Of a DNA stretch of 64,000 bases, positions 36,600 through 47,020 are shown piece by piece (position 1 is the stretch's first letter; each line of letters begins with the position of its first letter). Both the position numbers and the translations under genes were made by a program. The stretch is from Eukaryota sp. TZLM1-RC (taxonomy: Eukaryota; Protista; Metamonada: BaSk clade): contig JAUPSS010000002.1 in assembly GCA_040285825.1 (NCBI GenBank), positions 2,356,001-2,420,000 on the forward strand. Reading direction: 5' to 3'. Under the pieces are notes generated by a model. It worked only from the letters and a program-made list of their open reading frames with translations, did no database searches and was not told where the DNA came from.

Positions 36600-37855
36600 A
36601 AATCAGCTATCAAAATTAATAATTTTATAGAAGAAGCTGATTGAAAAACATTTAATGCTATTTCAATTGTACGTCATGAAACTCCTGGATTTTTTGAAGT
36701 TGATAGTCAAGGACTATCGGGTATTTTACGTTCTTTTTTTACAGTTGACCAAATTACTAACGAGAAAAATAATTCGGAATGGAATTCAGTGACTGACATT
36801 CAACGTATGAGTCCAGAAGAACAAAATTTATTTTGGTCAATTTTTTTTTGAATTTAATAGACCATTTACTGAAAGAGGATATAAATTCAACAACACCATT
36901 AAAACTGATGCATGTATTTAGCTCACAAGAGAGGATTATAATGGTATGTCCTTCAAGCTTGATAGCGCAAAGTTTGCATCCACAGAGAACTATTTGGATG
37001 ATTTGGATGTTGAAGTTCTATCATCAAAACACAAAGTACATATCGACCCTGGTAAAAGTGATTTACTTTATTTTTGTAGTTAAAAAGATTCAATCTTAAT
37101 GCAAAAAACAAACTAAAAAGAGCTAAACAATATGAATGGTTGAGATTAACAGAATTGGAGTGGTCAAGGGTGTCGAGAGTTCACCAAAAATTCAGAAAAT
37201 TGAAAAAGAAAGAGTATATTTTACAAAATGGAATTACAGTGGATGAAACAGAAGCTACACTATCAAAAAAATCATCAAAATCTTGTATTTATAATAATTT
37301 CTATTCTTATGTTGCTTCCAAGCTGACAAACATGACATTTACATTTGAGTACTACTGTTTAATGATATGGCGCATTCAAAAAATGCAGAGATATGTCCAT
37401 CATCAGAAAACAGAGACTAAGTTATTGAAAGAATGACTGAAAAACAATGGAAGCAAGAAGACACTATCCTAATGTTTGGTGACAATGGCAAGAAGACAAA
37501 GAATTTAAAGCATCATCGATCCAGTAGAGGAGTTAGATGGAGAAATTTCTTTAAGAGAAATGGTTATAAAGTATGTTTAGTTGATGAAAGAAACACATCT
37601 TCAAAGTGTCCAACTTGTTATAACCCAGTAAATGTATTTCTTGATGTTGAGAATCCTAGGCCATGGATGAGAGAGAAATATCCTACTGTGAAATGTCATG
37701 CTTTGTTAAGATGTCGATCTGAAGTTTGTAGAGAAGAGTGTGATGGAAAGAATAAGGTATGGAATCGTAACATGTTAGCATGTATTAAAATTAAGGCAAT
37801 TGTAGATTTTTTTGTAGAGGATAGTGTTGGTGATAAGCCTCCATATCTGTCATAA
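36600..37855 (+). pseudogene. Decayed Fanzor (family shared with 42640-44056)
   Basis: HIDPGKSDLLYF near 37040, ILMFGD, LVDERNTSSKCPTC, HALLRC..C, VWNRNMLAC. Confidence 0.85.
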
Positions 37856-37869
37856 GTTATAGCTTTTTA

Positions 37870-38110
37870 CTTCAGTGAATCTGTAGCATTTTTGGATTTT
37901 TCCATTCTCAGTACGAAAACAGTGTATAATAATTTTTTTGAAAGGAATGAAATTTTGAATAATTGGAAACATGGAGTTGAGGTCTATTCAACCAATAATT
38001 TTTACTGAATTCGACATTTAACCATTGCTGTAAATGTAATATGAAATATTTTTTTGTGTTGTTCATAAATGCAGTTTCCATCCCTTTTTTGATGTAAATC
38101 AAAATTCTAG
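37870..38110 (-). pseudogene. Probable Fanzor N-terminal fragment
   Basis: GMETAFMNNTKKYFILHLQQWLN resembles the QIAINYGNHLSKYFHEYVLHWLN segment at 21489-21860. Confidence 0.45.
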
Positions 38111-38927
38111 TAATCTTATCACCACTGGAAGAAAAAAATCATCGGGATAAAGGGGACGGAAATGAACAAGGTAAAGTTTTTCCATTTTTTCCCTTTACTC
38201 CAATGTTTTTTGATTCAGTCTAAAAGTGTTCAATGTGAATAATTCTTTCTTTTGCTTAACAGTGAGTGAGTCAAAATTTATTTTACCTGTGTTTTCAATA
38301 AACAATTAATTAATTTTTTTTTCAAAATAGGAAATAACAAACACTGCAGCATGAATCAATTCGTTACCAATTTCCACTTCGTTTTTATCAACAGCTTCTT
38401 TTAATGAAAAAAGAAAATATATATTGATCAACAAATGAGACTGAAAATGACAATTGAATCTGTGCTATTAACAAAATTTAATATTTGTTATTTGGATTAT
38501 TTATTCAAAAATAATTGTTGGAAGCCACATTTAACAATTTTATATTGGTCTAATTGTAATAAATATTGCGTTCTTGGTTTTTTGAAATCAGTGACTATAG
38601 CAGTTACAATTTCGCAATCTCGTGAACAATATTGGATCAATAGAGCAACGTCAGTTGGAGTACCTTTCCATTTTCTATGAATTGCCGTAACCATTTTATT
38701 TTCTTTTTCTTTTTTTTGTCATTTTTTTCGTTTCCATTTTTCTCTTCAGTCAATGAAATTTTTTCATTGTTGGTCATTCTTAAAGCCAAATTGTTCAATC
38801 CAAGACCATGTTTTGACTGATAAAATTGTTGGCATAAATATTAATGATATTAATGTATTCAAAATTCTCAGTTGGAAAATAGTGATAACCAAACTTCACG
38901 GCACTTGCCTTATTGAGCATTGTTAGG

Positions 38928-40043
38928 ATGCACGATGAGTCGGCGCCATTACTAACATCTGCTCCTGTTCCTTCTTCGATCTCTCTCAGCAACCATGGTT
39001 TACAAAGTTCCAGCATTTACTCCATTTTTGTCGTTTACTTTGACTTAACTCAAGGCAACACTCTACTTTACTGTGATCCAGACGTTCCATCTATCCCAAA
39101 GCTGGAATATGCTGCTATTCCCTCTGGATCTCATAACTCCACCACAACAGATTGGTGCATCTTTTCTCTCAACAACATGTATGGACTCTCTGTCTTCTCA
39201 ACTGTGGAAGACCCTTCTGCTGCCCGCTTTGCTTCTACTGCAGCTGTTGGTCTCATTTCTGCTTCCATTCCTTTTCTAATCTCACATGTAGATACACTGA
39301 TGCCATTCTCCAGGAAATTTGCCAGAGTTGCCACTAGTTTTGTTGAAAATGACAGTTCTGTTGTGGAGGAAGTGGATAGTATAAGAAGTTTAGTTAATGA
39401 AGTTTTTGATTTGGCAAAGTTTATGAATCGATATTTCGGTCTTTGTGTCAAGAAATTCAAGAAAAATGCCATGATTATTCGTAAATTGTTATTGTCCAAA
39501 AGAAATATTCTGATTCTACCTTATAAAGGACAAGAAATTTCTGAAATATGTGAACTATCACTCTGTCTGTACCTTTTGTCTGCCGTGTCTTGTAGTAGAT
39601 ATAATCGAAAGTTTGCCGATAATTTCAATTTCTTGGGTAACATTTCTCTTTATGATGTCAATACAATACAATCAACTAGAGGTTTTGTTGCTTGTTCAAG
39701 TGAGTCTATTTTCTCAGACCATCCAGATTATTCAAGGTTTTTTGACTTGGTAATCGAAACTACACCTAAAGGAGTAAATTTTGAAGGTGAATTGAGCTTC
39801 AAATTAACCAAAAGTGATGAATATTTACTTAGTTTTTTAAAAACCAAGAACGTGCTCTCCTTCATATCACAAAACGATCAATTTTTTTCACTTTTCAATC
39901 AAAAATGTATTACTAATGCTGATTTAAGGGGTATTGGACTTGTTGTGAATGACCTCAATTTCATTGAGTATTTTATCAATTGCTTTGAATTAAATGTGGA
40001 AGTTAGTCTTAATTCAAAATGCTGCTGCTGTTGCTGTTGCTGA
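38928..40043 (+). CDS. DENN/AVL9-like protein (DENND11/LCHN-like) with C-terminal Cys6
   Basis: IFVVYFDLTQGNTL, LEYAAIPSGSH, YGLSVF, AAVGLI motifs. Confidence 0.75.
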   Translation: MHDESAPLLTSAPVPSSISLSNHGLQSSSIYSIFVVYFDLTQGNTLLYCDPDVPSIPKLEYAAIPSGSHNSTTTDWCIFSLNNMYGLSVFSTVEDPSAARFASTAAVGLISASIPFLISHVDTLMPFSRKFARVATSFVENDSSVVEEVDSIRSLVNEVFDLAKFMNRYFGLCVKKFKKNAMIIRKLLLSKRNILILPYKGQEISEICELSLCLYLLSAVSCSRYNRKFADNFNFLGNISLYDVNTIQSTRGFVACSSESIFSDHPDYSRFFDLVIETTPKGVNFEGELSFKLTKSDEYLLSFLKTKNVLSFISQNDQFFSLFNQKCITNADLRGIGLVVNDLNFIEYFINCFELNVEVSLNSKCCCCCCC

Positions 40044-40120
40044 TTTGTAAATATTACTGAATCTTATGTATTTTATAAAGTTATTCAAATGGTTTTTTTG
40101 AGAGCAATTTATTTACAAAT

Positions 40121-40774
40121 TCATCTAGCCCAGGGAGTTGAACCTCTATATGGTGTTATTGCCATGGATTGGGGTCCATAGTGCTGTACGTCTCCAGGAA
40201 CTACTTTTCTTTGGAAACCTAAAATACAATTGGAACCAATAAGTATAATGAAAAACAACAGAGCCACAAACACCATTGTCTTGTAAGTAATTGGTTCTAC
40301 AAATGAATTGACAGCCTCTGCGACTGCCTTGACTGAAATTGAAGTAATTTCAATCTTGGAAGGGTCTCTATTCATGCACAACTGCCATTGATGACAGAGC
40401 GCTGACAGTGCCGCACCTCCAGACTTTATGGTTGCACAGTTACTCTCTACAAAGTCCTTTTCGCACTGGGCAATTTCTTGCAGAAGAGATTCCATGGACC
40501 GTGCTGTTCTGAGGGTTATATCCCCACGGAGTGCAAAGAAAAAGACTACTAGAGCAGCGATAAGGCAGATAAGACAGAAGATATTGAATACCAAGCGGAT
40601 ATACCCAGAAATCACCACTGGTAGATGGTAGTGTTTGTTCCATTTGTCGTGTGGGTTGGGTGGAAGTTCATCATGATTCATAGGTAGACCAGGTGGTTCC
40701 ATATGTGATAGAGCTAGAGATTGTGCTGTACGTCTTTTGGATGGTGTAAAGTCATTGTCAATTGCAGATGACAT
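40121..40774 (-). CDS. Brl1/Brr6-domain nuclear envelope protein
   Basis: Two TM segments flanking EIAQCEKDFVESNC...LCHQWQLCMNRDP; AEAVNSFVEPITYKT. Confidence 0.9.
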   Translation of the reverse strand: MSSAIDNDFTPSKRRTAQSLALSHMEPPGLPMNHDELPPNPHDKWNKHYHLPVVISGYIRLVFNIFCLICLIAALVVFFFALRGDITLRTARSMESLLQEIAQCEKDFVESNCATIKSGGAALSALCHQWQLCMNRDPSKIEITSISVKAVAEAVNSFVEPITYKTMVFVALLFFIILIGSNCILGFQRKVVPGDVQHYGPQSMAITPYRGSTPWAR

Positions 40775-40814
40775 CAGCTAATAGCACACAAATATCAATG
40801 TTAATGAAATGAAT

Positions 40815-41750
40815 AAAGGCCTTTCATTTCCTTTGAGATACTGGTCCACAACATGAATCATATTAAGAACAGTATTAACATTACGATTCCATAGACATCC
40901 ACACTTCTTGCAAGTGAGTAATCCATCTCTAAGGACCGTTCAAGTCTTTGCTTTCCTGTAAGGTTTTGAATACATACTTGATGCTTCTTTACATTTTCAC
41001 CTTCTTTACTCTCGAGCACACATGCATGGTATAGACAGCTTGTTCTATATTCGTGCAACAGTAATAGACGGAAGTTACGTTTTTTAAACATCTTTCGATA
41101 ACCAACATTCTTTGTAGTTACTTTATCCTTAAAATTGGTTTGCTTCCAGTCGCTCATCATTACAATTTCATCTTTTGGACCTCTGAACTTAATTTCAATT
41201 TCATTCATTCATCCATTTTGCTTCAATCCTCTCTGTGGTCATGAATCTTTACAACTTCAAGACTCTTAATTCTTTATTAAAGTAAGTAGCTCCAACATGG
41301 AGAGCAGAGTTGTTTTTTCGTTGCAGCAAGATAGAAAATATTCATAATCTAGACTGCAAAATCTAGTGTTTTTTGAAAATTAGTGAGAGTGTTTTTTCAG
41401 AGTTTCTCTTCTTTGGGGCGCGGTGAGTCTACTAAATGTAAATTGCTTTGGCTTTTGTTTTCACTTGAAGGAGGATTTCCTTTTGATTTGAAGTCGAGTT
41501 TTTTTTAATTTTTTAATTTTTTCTATTTTGTTAATAAAACATCTATTTCTTTCTTTGTTCTCTTCATGAAACCATTCATACCATTCTCATCTTCAATTCT
41601 GTTGGGAGTAGAGGTGGTTAAGAGACTGGCTGGGATTTGGGCAATTTAGTTTTGGCTTTTCTGCCATCGATTTATCCCTGATGCTGATACCAATTACTGT
41701 ACAAGTAATTTTTTTAGTTCCTCATGGAATTCACTTCTTTCTGTTTTAGG
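40815..41750 (-). pseudogene. Decayed Fanzor
   Basis: IVMMSDW, GYRKMFKKRNF.LLLHEYRTSC, and in an alternate frame GLLTCKKCGCLWNRNVNTVLNMI. Confidence 0.8.
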
Positions 41751-42639
41751 TGTTTATTTTTCCATTGAGATGTAAGTAGCCACAAACACTGACCTTCCCA
41801 TATTCCTTCCAATAGCTTCTCCTATTCGTTTCAACAAACCAAGATAATGTATAAACAATGGCAAACTGGATTTATCAACACCAAAAAATACCGAATCTCT
41901 AAATTGTTTTTTTTTGTTTTTTTTTTGTTTTTGTTTCTTTGTTTTGTTGGAAATCATTCTAATAATTGTTCTGCTTCCATTGACAGTCTTTTTCTTATAA
42001 AAATAAAACAACTTGTCAGTTTCTACTAGTATCGGCTTCTTCGATATCTCAATTTCTACGTTGTGCTTTTGCCTTGAATTCAAGTGCAACTACAGGTTTT
42101 AGTATTCTTCTTTGAACCACAATGCAATTTGTAACGAAATTTCCTCTTCATTTTTTTGTGTTACAAACATGACATCTGATGACCTCACTTCCTTGTGAGG
42201 CATGAACAAATGTCTGTAGGGTTAACGAAGTGTTTTCAAAAAATTGTGCGCGCTTTCAGTGCCTGCTTTGCCATGAAACTTATTCGGTAAATCGACTGAT
42301 TTAGTTTTTGATGAGTATCTGAATAAATGTACTTTTTTCATTTTCTGTGTTCAAAAAAGTAGTCACAATATCTAACTGTTGTTTGAAGTTGTCCTAGACA
42401 CTATTGTCAGAAGTGCATAGAAGTCATCACTTTATTGAAAAGAGATTTAAAGTAAAGTAAAGTAAAGTGACTAAAGTACTTTATCACTTTAGTCATTCCT
42501 GAAACCGAGTTTGGACAAACAAAGTGAGCCAAGTCTTGGTGGCTTCAATCCTGATCCTTTGATTCAATTCAAATCAATGACCCCAAATCAAAATCTTGAC
42601 ACTGTTATGTGCTTTGAAGGTCTTATTGAGCCATTTACT

Positions 42640-44056
42640 TGTCAAATTGAGAATTTGGTCACTGATGAGAATTGATTTGATAATATATTTTCAGTGGATA
42701 TACATTTTCTTGCAGACGCTGTTGAAAAAGATCCTCAAATATTCCTAAAACCAGCAATTACAATTGCCCAATATATCTCCAGTAGAAAGAAAAAACCTTT
42801 TCATATTTCTCCCCTTAGGCCCTGGATATTTTCCTATTGATACAAGAACAGTATGGAAAATTATAAGGAAAACATTGATGGACGATTTGTTGCCTGATCA
42901 GAGATTAAAAATGGTCAATACACTAGCCCAAATTACGAAATTCAAACCACCTGAGCAATTTGACTTTTGGTCCAACATTCTCGATTTAAACCAATTAATG
43001 TTCAAACAGAAGAGCTATAAATTCAACAACATTATACACACAGATGGTTTAAATATTGCAGTAGAATTTGTCCGTCAGGATTTACAAGGTCAGAAGTGTA
43101 AGACAGACAACAAGGCCAGTATTTCGGATTTATATATTGATGATGTTGATGTTGATACTTTTCAAGACAAACTAATTGTTGTTTGTGATCCCGGAAAACG
43201 TGATTTATCGTATTTTGGGAGTAAAAAGACTGATCAACAATTAGCCATGGTGCTGAACATGAAACTGAACAGCAAAGAAATAGTCAGGTGATGAATCAAG
43301 ACAAAAGTACAAATGGTTGAGAATGACTCAGATGTCCTGATCTTTGAAAAGTAGGATGAAAAGCAAAAACGATGGGCGACAAAGTATACTGAGGTAGATT
43401 TCGACAGGAACCAAATGATAGAGTCTAACAAAATAACCATCGAAGATGCAAACACCGAATTATCTGCGTTTGCTGCCAATTCAGCAACTATCATAGATTT
43501 TTCCAACTTTGTGGTTGCCAAACTTCGGCAAGTTTTTTGGACAATTGACTTTTACAGTCTTGACTTGTGGAGCATTCATAAAATGCAAGCTTTTATTCAC
43601 AAGCAAAAGACTGAAAGTTGGTTGTTGGAAAATCTTGTGCAGCAGTTTGGCAATCCAAAAGACACTTTACTAATGGGTGATTATGGAAAAAAAGGTTCCA
43701 AGAATTTGAAACATCAGAGACCTACTAAAGGCATTGGATGGATTCAATTTCTGAAAAGAAATGGCTTTGAAGTGTTGATGATTAATGAACCTTTCACTTC
43801 AGCAAAATGTCCTGTTTGTTTTGAAAAGGTTGCTACGTTTTTGTAAGTAACAAATCCCATATTGTATAGGAGAGAAAAGACTCCAGTTACTACATGTCAT
43901 GGTTTATTAGCTTGTCATAGTGAGAGTTGCAAATTAAGCAACAAAGGCTCAACAAAGATTTTCAATAGAAATAATCTGGCTTGTATGAATATGTTTGCAA
44001 TTGCTGAAGCCAGAATGAGTGGTAATGAAAGGCCTCAGAATCTGTGTAGTTTATAG
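42640..44056 (+). pseudogene. Decayed Fanzor with all three RuvC regions
   Basis: FNNIIHTDG, VVCDPGKRDL, LLMGDY, MINEPFTSAKCPVC, HGLLAC..C, IFNRNNLACMNM; several in-frame stops. Confidence 0.88.
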
Positions 44057-44201
44057 TTTTTGTAATTATTCCACACGAAAATTGATCATGTACGCATTCG
44101 TACATGAATTTCCCATTGATTCATTCATTAAGAAATTGGAATTATCATACTTGACACTCTCAACCAACCTACAACACAATTGACTTGACCAATAAACAAC
44201 A

Positions 44202-44705
44202 ATGGACCCCAGCTCTTTTTCCCTTCCAGGTACTAAAGAGATCACACATCTCGCCTCATTAGCTGTTTCATCTGCCAAAGCTCTCTTTCCACCATCACAT
44301 TTGACTGATGGAGACGTTGAAACTTTATGGCAATCGGATGGAATTTTACCTCATTTTATCAATATAACATTTATACGTCGCTTATGCATCTCACATTTGG
44401 CTATATTTCTTGATCCTCAGCAGGACGCTAGTTATTCTCCTTCTCAAATTGCCATAAGAGTGGGTGAGCATCCTGCTGAACTCCGTCAGTTACTAGTTGT
44501 TTCAGAACTAGAACATCATAGTGGATGGAGTTCCATTCCATTGTTTGAAGATGATGATAGTCCAGGGGTACAAGGATCCTTAATTCAGTTAGTAATGATG
44601 TCAAATCTTGATAGTGGCAGGGATTCGGCATTGAGGCAAATCAAGATTTTCACTCGAGATTTGAGTTATCGTAAGAGTAGACATGATTTGAAGTGGCGAC
44701 TTTAA
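44202..44705 (+). CDS. APC10: Anaphase-promoting complex subunit 10 (DOC domain)
   Basis: VSSAK, ETLWQSDGILPHFINI, DASYSPSQI, NLDSGRDSALRQIKIF. Confidence 0.92.
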   Translation: MDPSSFSLPGTKEITHLASLAVSSAKALFPPSHLTDGDVETLWQSDGILPHFINITFIRRLCISHLAIFLDPQQDASYSPSQIAIRVGEHPAELRQLLVVSELEHHSGWSSIPLFEDDDSPGVQGSLIQLVMMSNLDSGRDSALRQIKIFTRDLSYRKSRHDLKWRL

Positions 44706-45114
44706 TGTTTTTAATATTGTCTTTTTCTGTTTTTTGAACATTATAGAATTCTTTAAGGTCGTTTGAGAACCTTCTGGAATTCATTACAGCTATTAATTAG
44801 AAGATATTAGTGTTTAATTAACTGAAGAATTGAAATTGTCTATCTTCACCAGCAGGTATGAAGGAGAGGAATGTCATAATCTTTTTGTAATTTTGCGACT
44901 AGTTCGTTCTACGTTAGTATTTGTATTTGTATTAAGTAAATGCGTGTTATTGTCAGACAGATTAAACACAATTAAACTAAAACAATTATTCAACAGAACA
45001 TCTGAAGTTCCATAACAACAATCGAATTAAGTACCGGAAGATTCTTGTGAGTGATCTTATGACAAAATTGAATTGTACTTTTTATCTTTATGTCAATGTA
45101 TCGCCCTGTTTTTT

Positions 45115-46360
45115 TTTGACCAAAATTTTAATTTTATTCAAAACCTATAAATCAACATCTAAAACATCCATCTCTCCCAAAACAAAAACACTAGATGCAA
45201 CTCTCTCATAGTGAGATCCAAGAGAAAGCAAAGCATCAGAAACCATCTTCAACATCCCCTTAAAAATAGAAAACACAATTCTATTTTGCCAAAACAATCT
45301 GTTGAAATTTCTGCCAGTTCTTCTCTTTACAATCATTTCAAAATCATCCAAAAAACGTAAAGCAGTTGGTGCAAGTGAACCAAAAAGGGAAAATACAAAT
45401 GGATACAAATTGTATTTTGCATGCTGTAGACTGGCCAATTTGGACAAAGGTTCATTGTATTTTTTGCATTTAAAATTTTCAGCATTTGAAAGGGGATTAT
45501 GAATTTCAGAATTAACTAGCCTTTCATTTGAGGCATTACAAGGATCAACAGACATTACATCCAATAAAATGAAACTTCCATCTAATCCAGGTAATATAAC
45601 ATCACCTCTATTATTCTTATGAAAATCATCTTCAGCATCAAACAGACTTGACAACAGAGGTTCCAAGAAGGATTCAATTCTATGAGATTTACACATACAA
45701 TATAACTGGTCTCTTACAGCATCATGAACCTTGCTTCTAAAAGTAATAAAATGTTTACAATTTAACAAATGAGTAGTTGTAATTTCTCAAGAACATTTAC
45801 AAATTAAATTATGAGGTAAATTATCAGGCCAGATAAAGGAACGAAATCTCATATTTAGAGTCCAAGCAGAATCGGTTAAGAGAGTACCATAAACTTGGGG
45901 AATTGTTGTTACTAAGGCAGAAGAAGTACTATCACACATATCTTGTAAAAGATTTGCAAAAGCGGGATTCTTTTTCTTGGCCAAGCCAAGTCTAACATCA
46001 AAATCCAAGCTTTCAAAAATCTTTGACAATTTTTGTTGAAGCTTTTTACAGCAAAACTGTAAATTAAAAAGAGATCGGTTTGGAATTTCTTGAATTGATT
46101 GAGGAAAACATTTGGTCCAAATTTGTGGCGGCAATTTTTCAAGTTCACAAGATAACTCATACAAATAGGGACTGCAATTGGGAACTAACAGATGAGAATC
46201 TACAGGAAATCTACGAGAAAATTCATAAATAAAATTTTTGCCACCACCCAAGAATGCTGATTGACACAAAATTGAAGATTTAGTAAATCCAATACCACCC
46301 AAATTTGCTGAAGAAAATAAGTGACTTTTCAACATTCCCGGTTCTACATCCAATAAATCG
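45115..46360 (-). mobile_element. Family B RLE non-LTR element, 5'-truncated, one CGA>TGA stop at 45787-45789
   Basis: ORFs 45145-45768 and 45787-46353 are collinear with 54107-55039. Confidence 0.9.
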
Positions 46361-46542
46361 CCCTGTTTCTAACATTCTGTTATCACTCGGAAGACATTAT
46401 AAAGAGAATGTGGTAGGTAAGTTTTCAATGGTGGATGTAGAGTTTGATCAACCAGATGTTTAGCGTTTTACAATAAGTTTTACATAAGTTTTGTAAAAAA
46501 TACGAATAAGACCCTTTGAATTCACCTTCGCTTTTCAACAGT

Positions 46543-46613
46543 GCGTTAGTAGTACAGTGGTAGTATGCCTGCCTTCCAAGCAGATGACCCGGGTTCGATT
46601 CCCGGCTGACGCA
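46543..46613 (+). tRNA. tRNA-Gly(TCC)
   Basis: GCGTTAG/CTGACGC acceptor stem, anticodon loop CTTCCAA, GGTTCGATTCC T-arm, downstream T-run; one mismatch at the base of the anticodon stem. Confidence 0.9.
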
Positions 46614-47020
46614 ATATTACTTATTGTTGTGGCGTATGAGAATTTTTTTCTTACTTCTTTCCGATATTTTTCAAATTGCTTCTGGATTTATTTTATTACT
46701 TGAATATTCTTAGGTGTTGATAAATTGTTGACATTTTCAAAATTTCATTTAAAGTTAATGCTTGAAGGTGTGAAAGTAACGACCATCATTACTGATGTGA
46801 CATTGACTGATGTTTGCCATGAATGTTCTAAACCTTTAGCACAGTCAAAATAGAAGAATCCCCTGTCTGTTGCTGAAAACACTAAAATTAACAAATATAT
46901 GTTGTACTGTGGACAATTAGTCTAGTACATTTGTATTTATATAGTATAGTTCACTAGTGATGGCCTTTATAAGGGCCGGTGAAATTCTAATAAATTATTC
47001 CTTATTCTTTGTTATCATAT

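Noticed and set aside
38497-38694. YCSRDC resembling a PolB exonuclease III motif (virus or Polinton)
   Set aside because: Short isolated ORF with no other polymerase motifs nearby.
42426-42501. AAAGT repeats ending in TCATTCCTG as a transposon terminus for the adjacent Fanzor
   Set aside because: No matching partner end or TSD found.
46543-46613. tRNA-Gly as primer or target of the neighbouring Gypsy
   Set aside because: Its 3' end would need TGGTGCGTCAG, but the element has TGGCTTGAAT. A single adjacency at ~290 bp does not show targeting.
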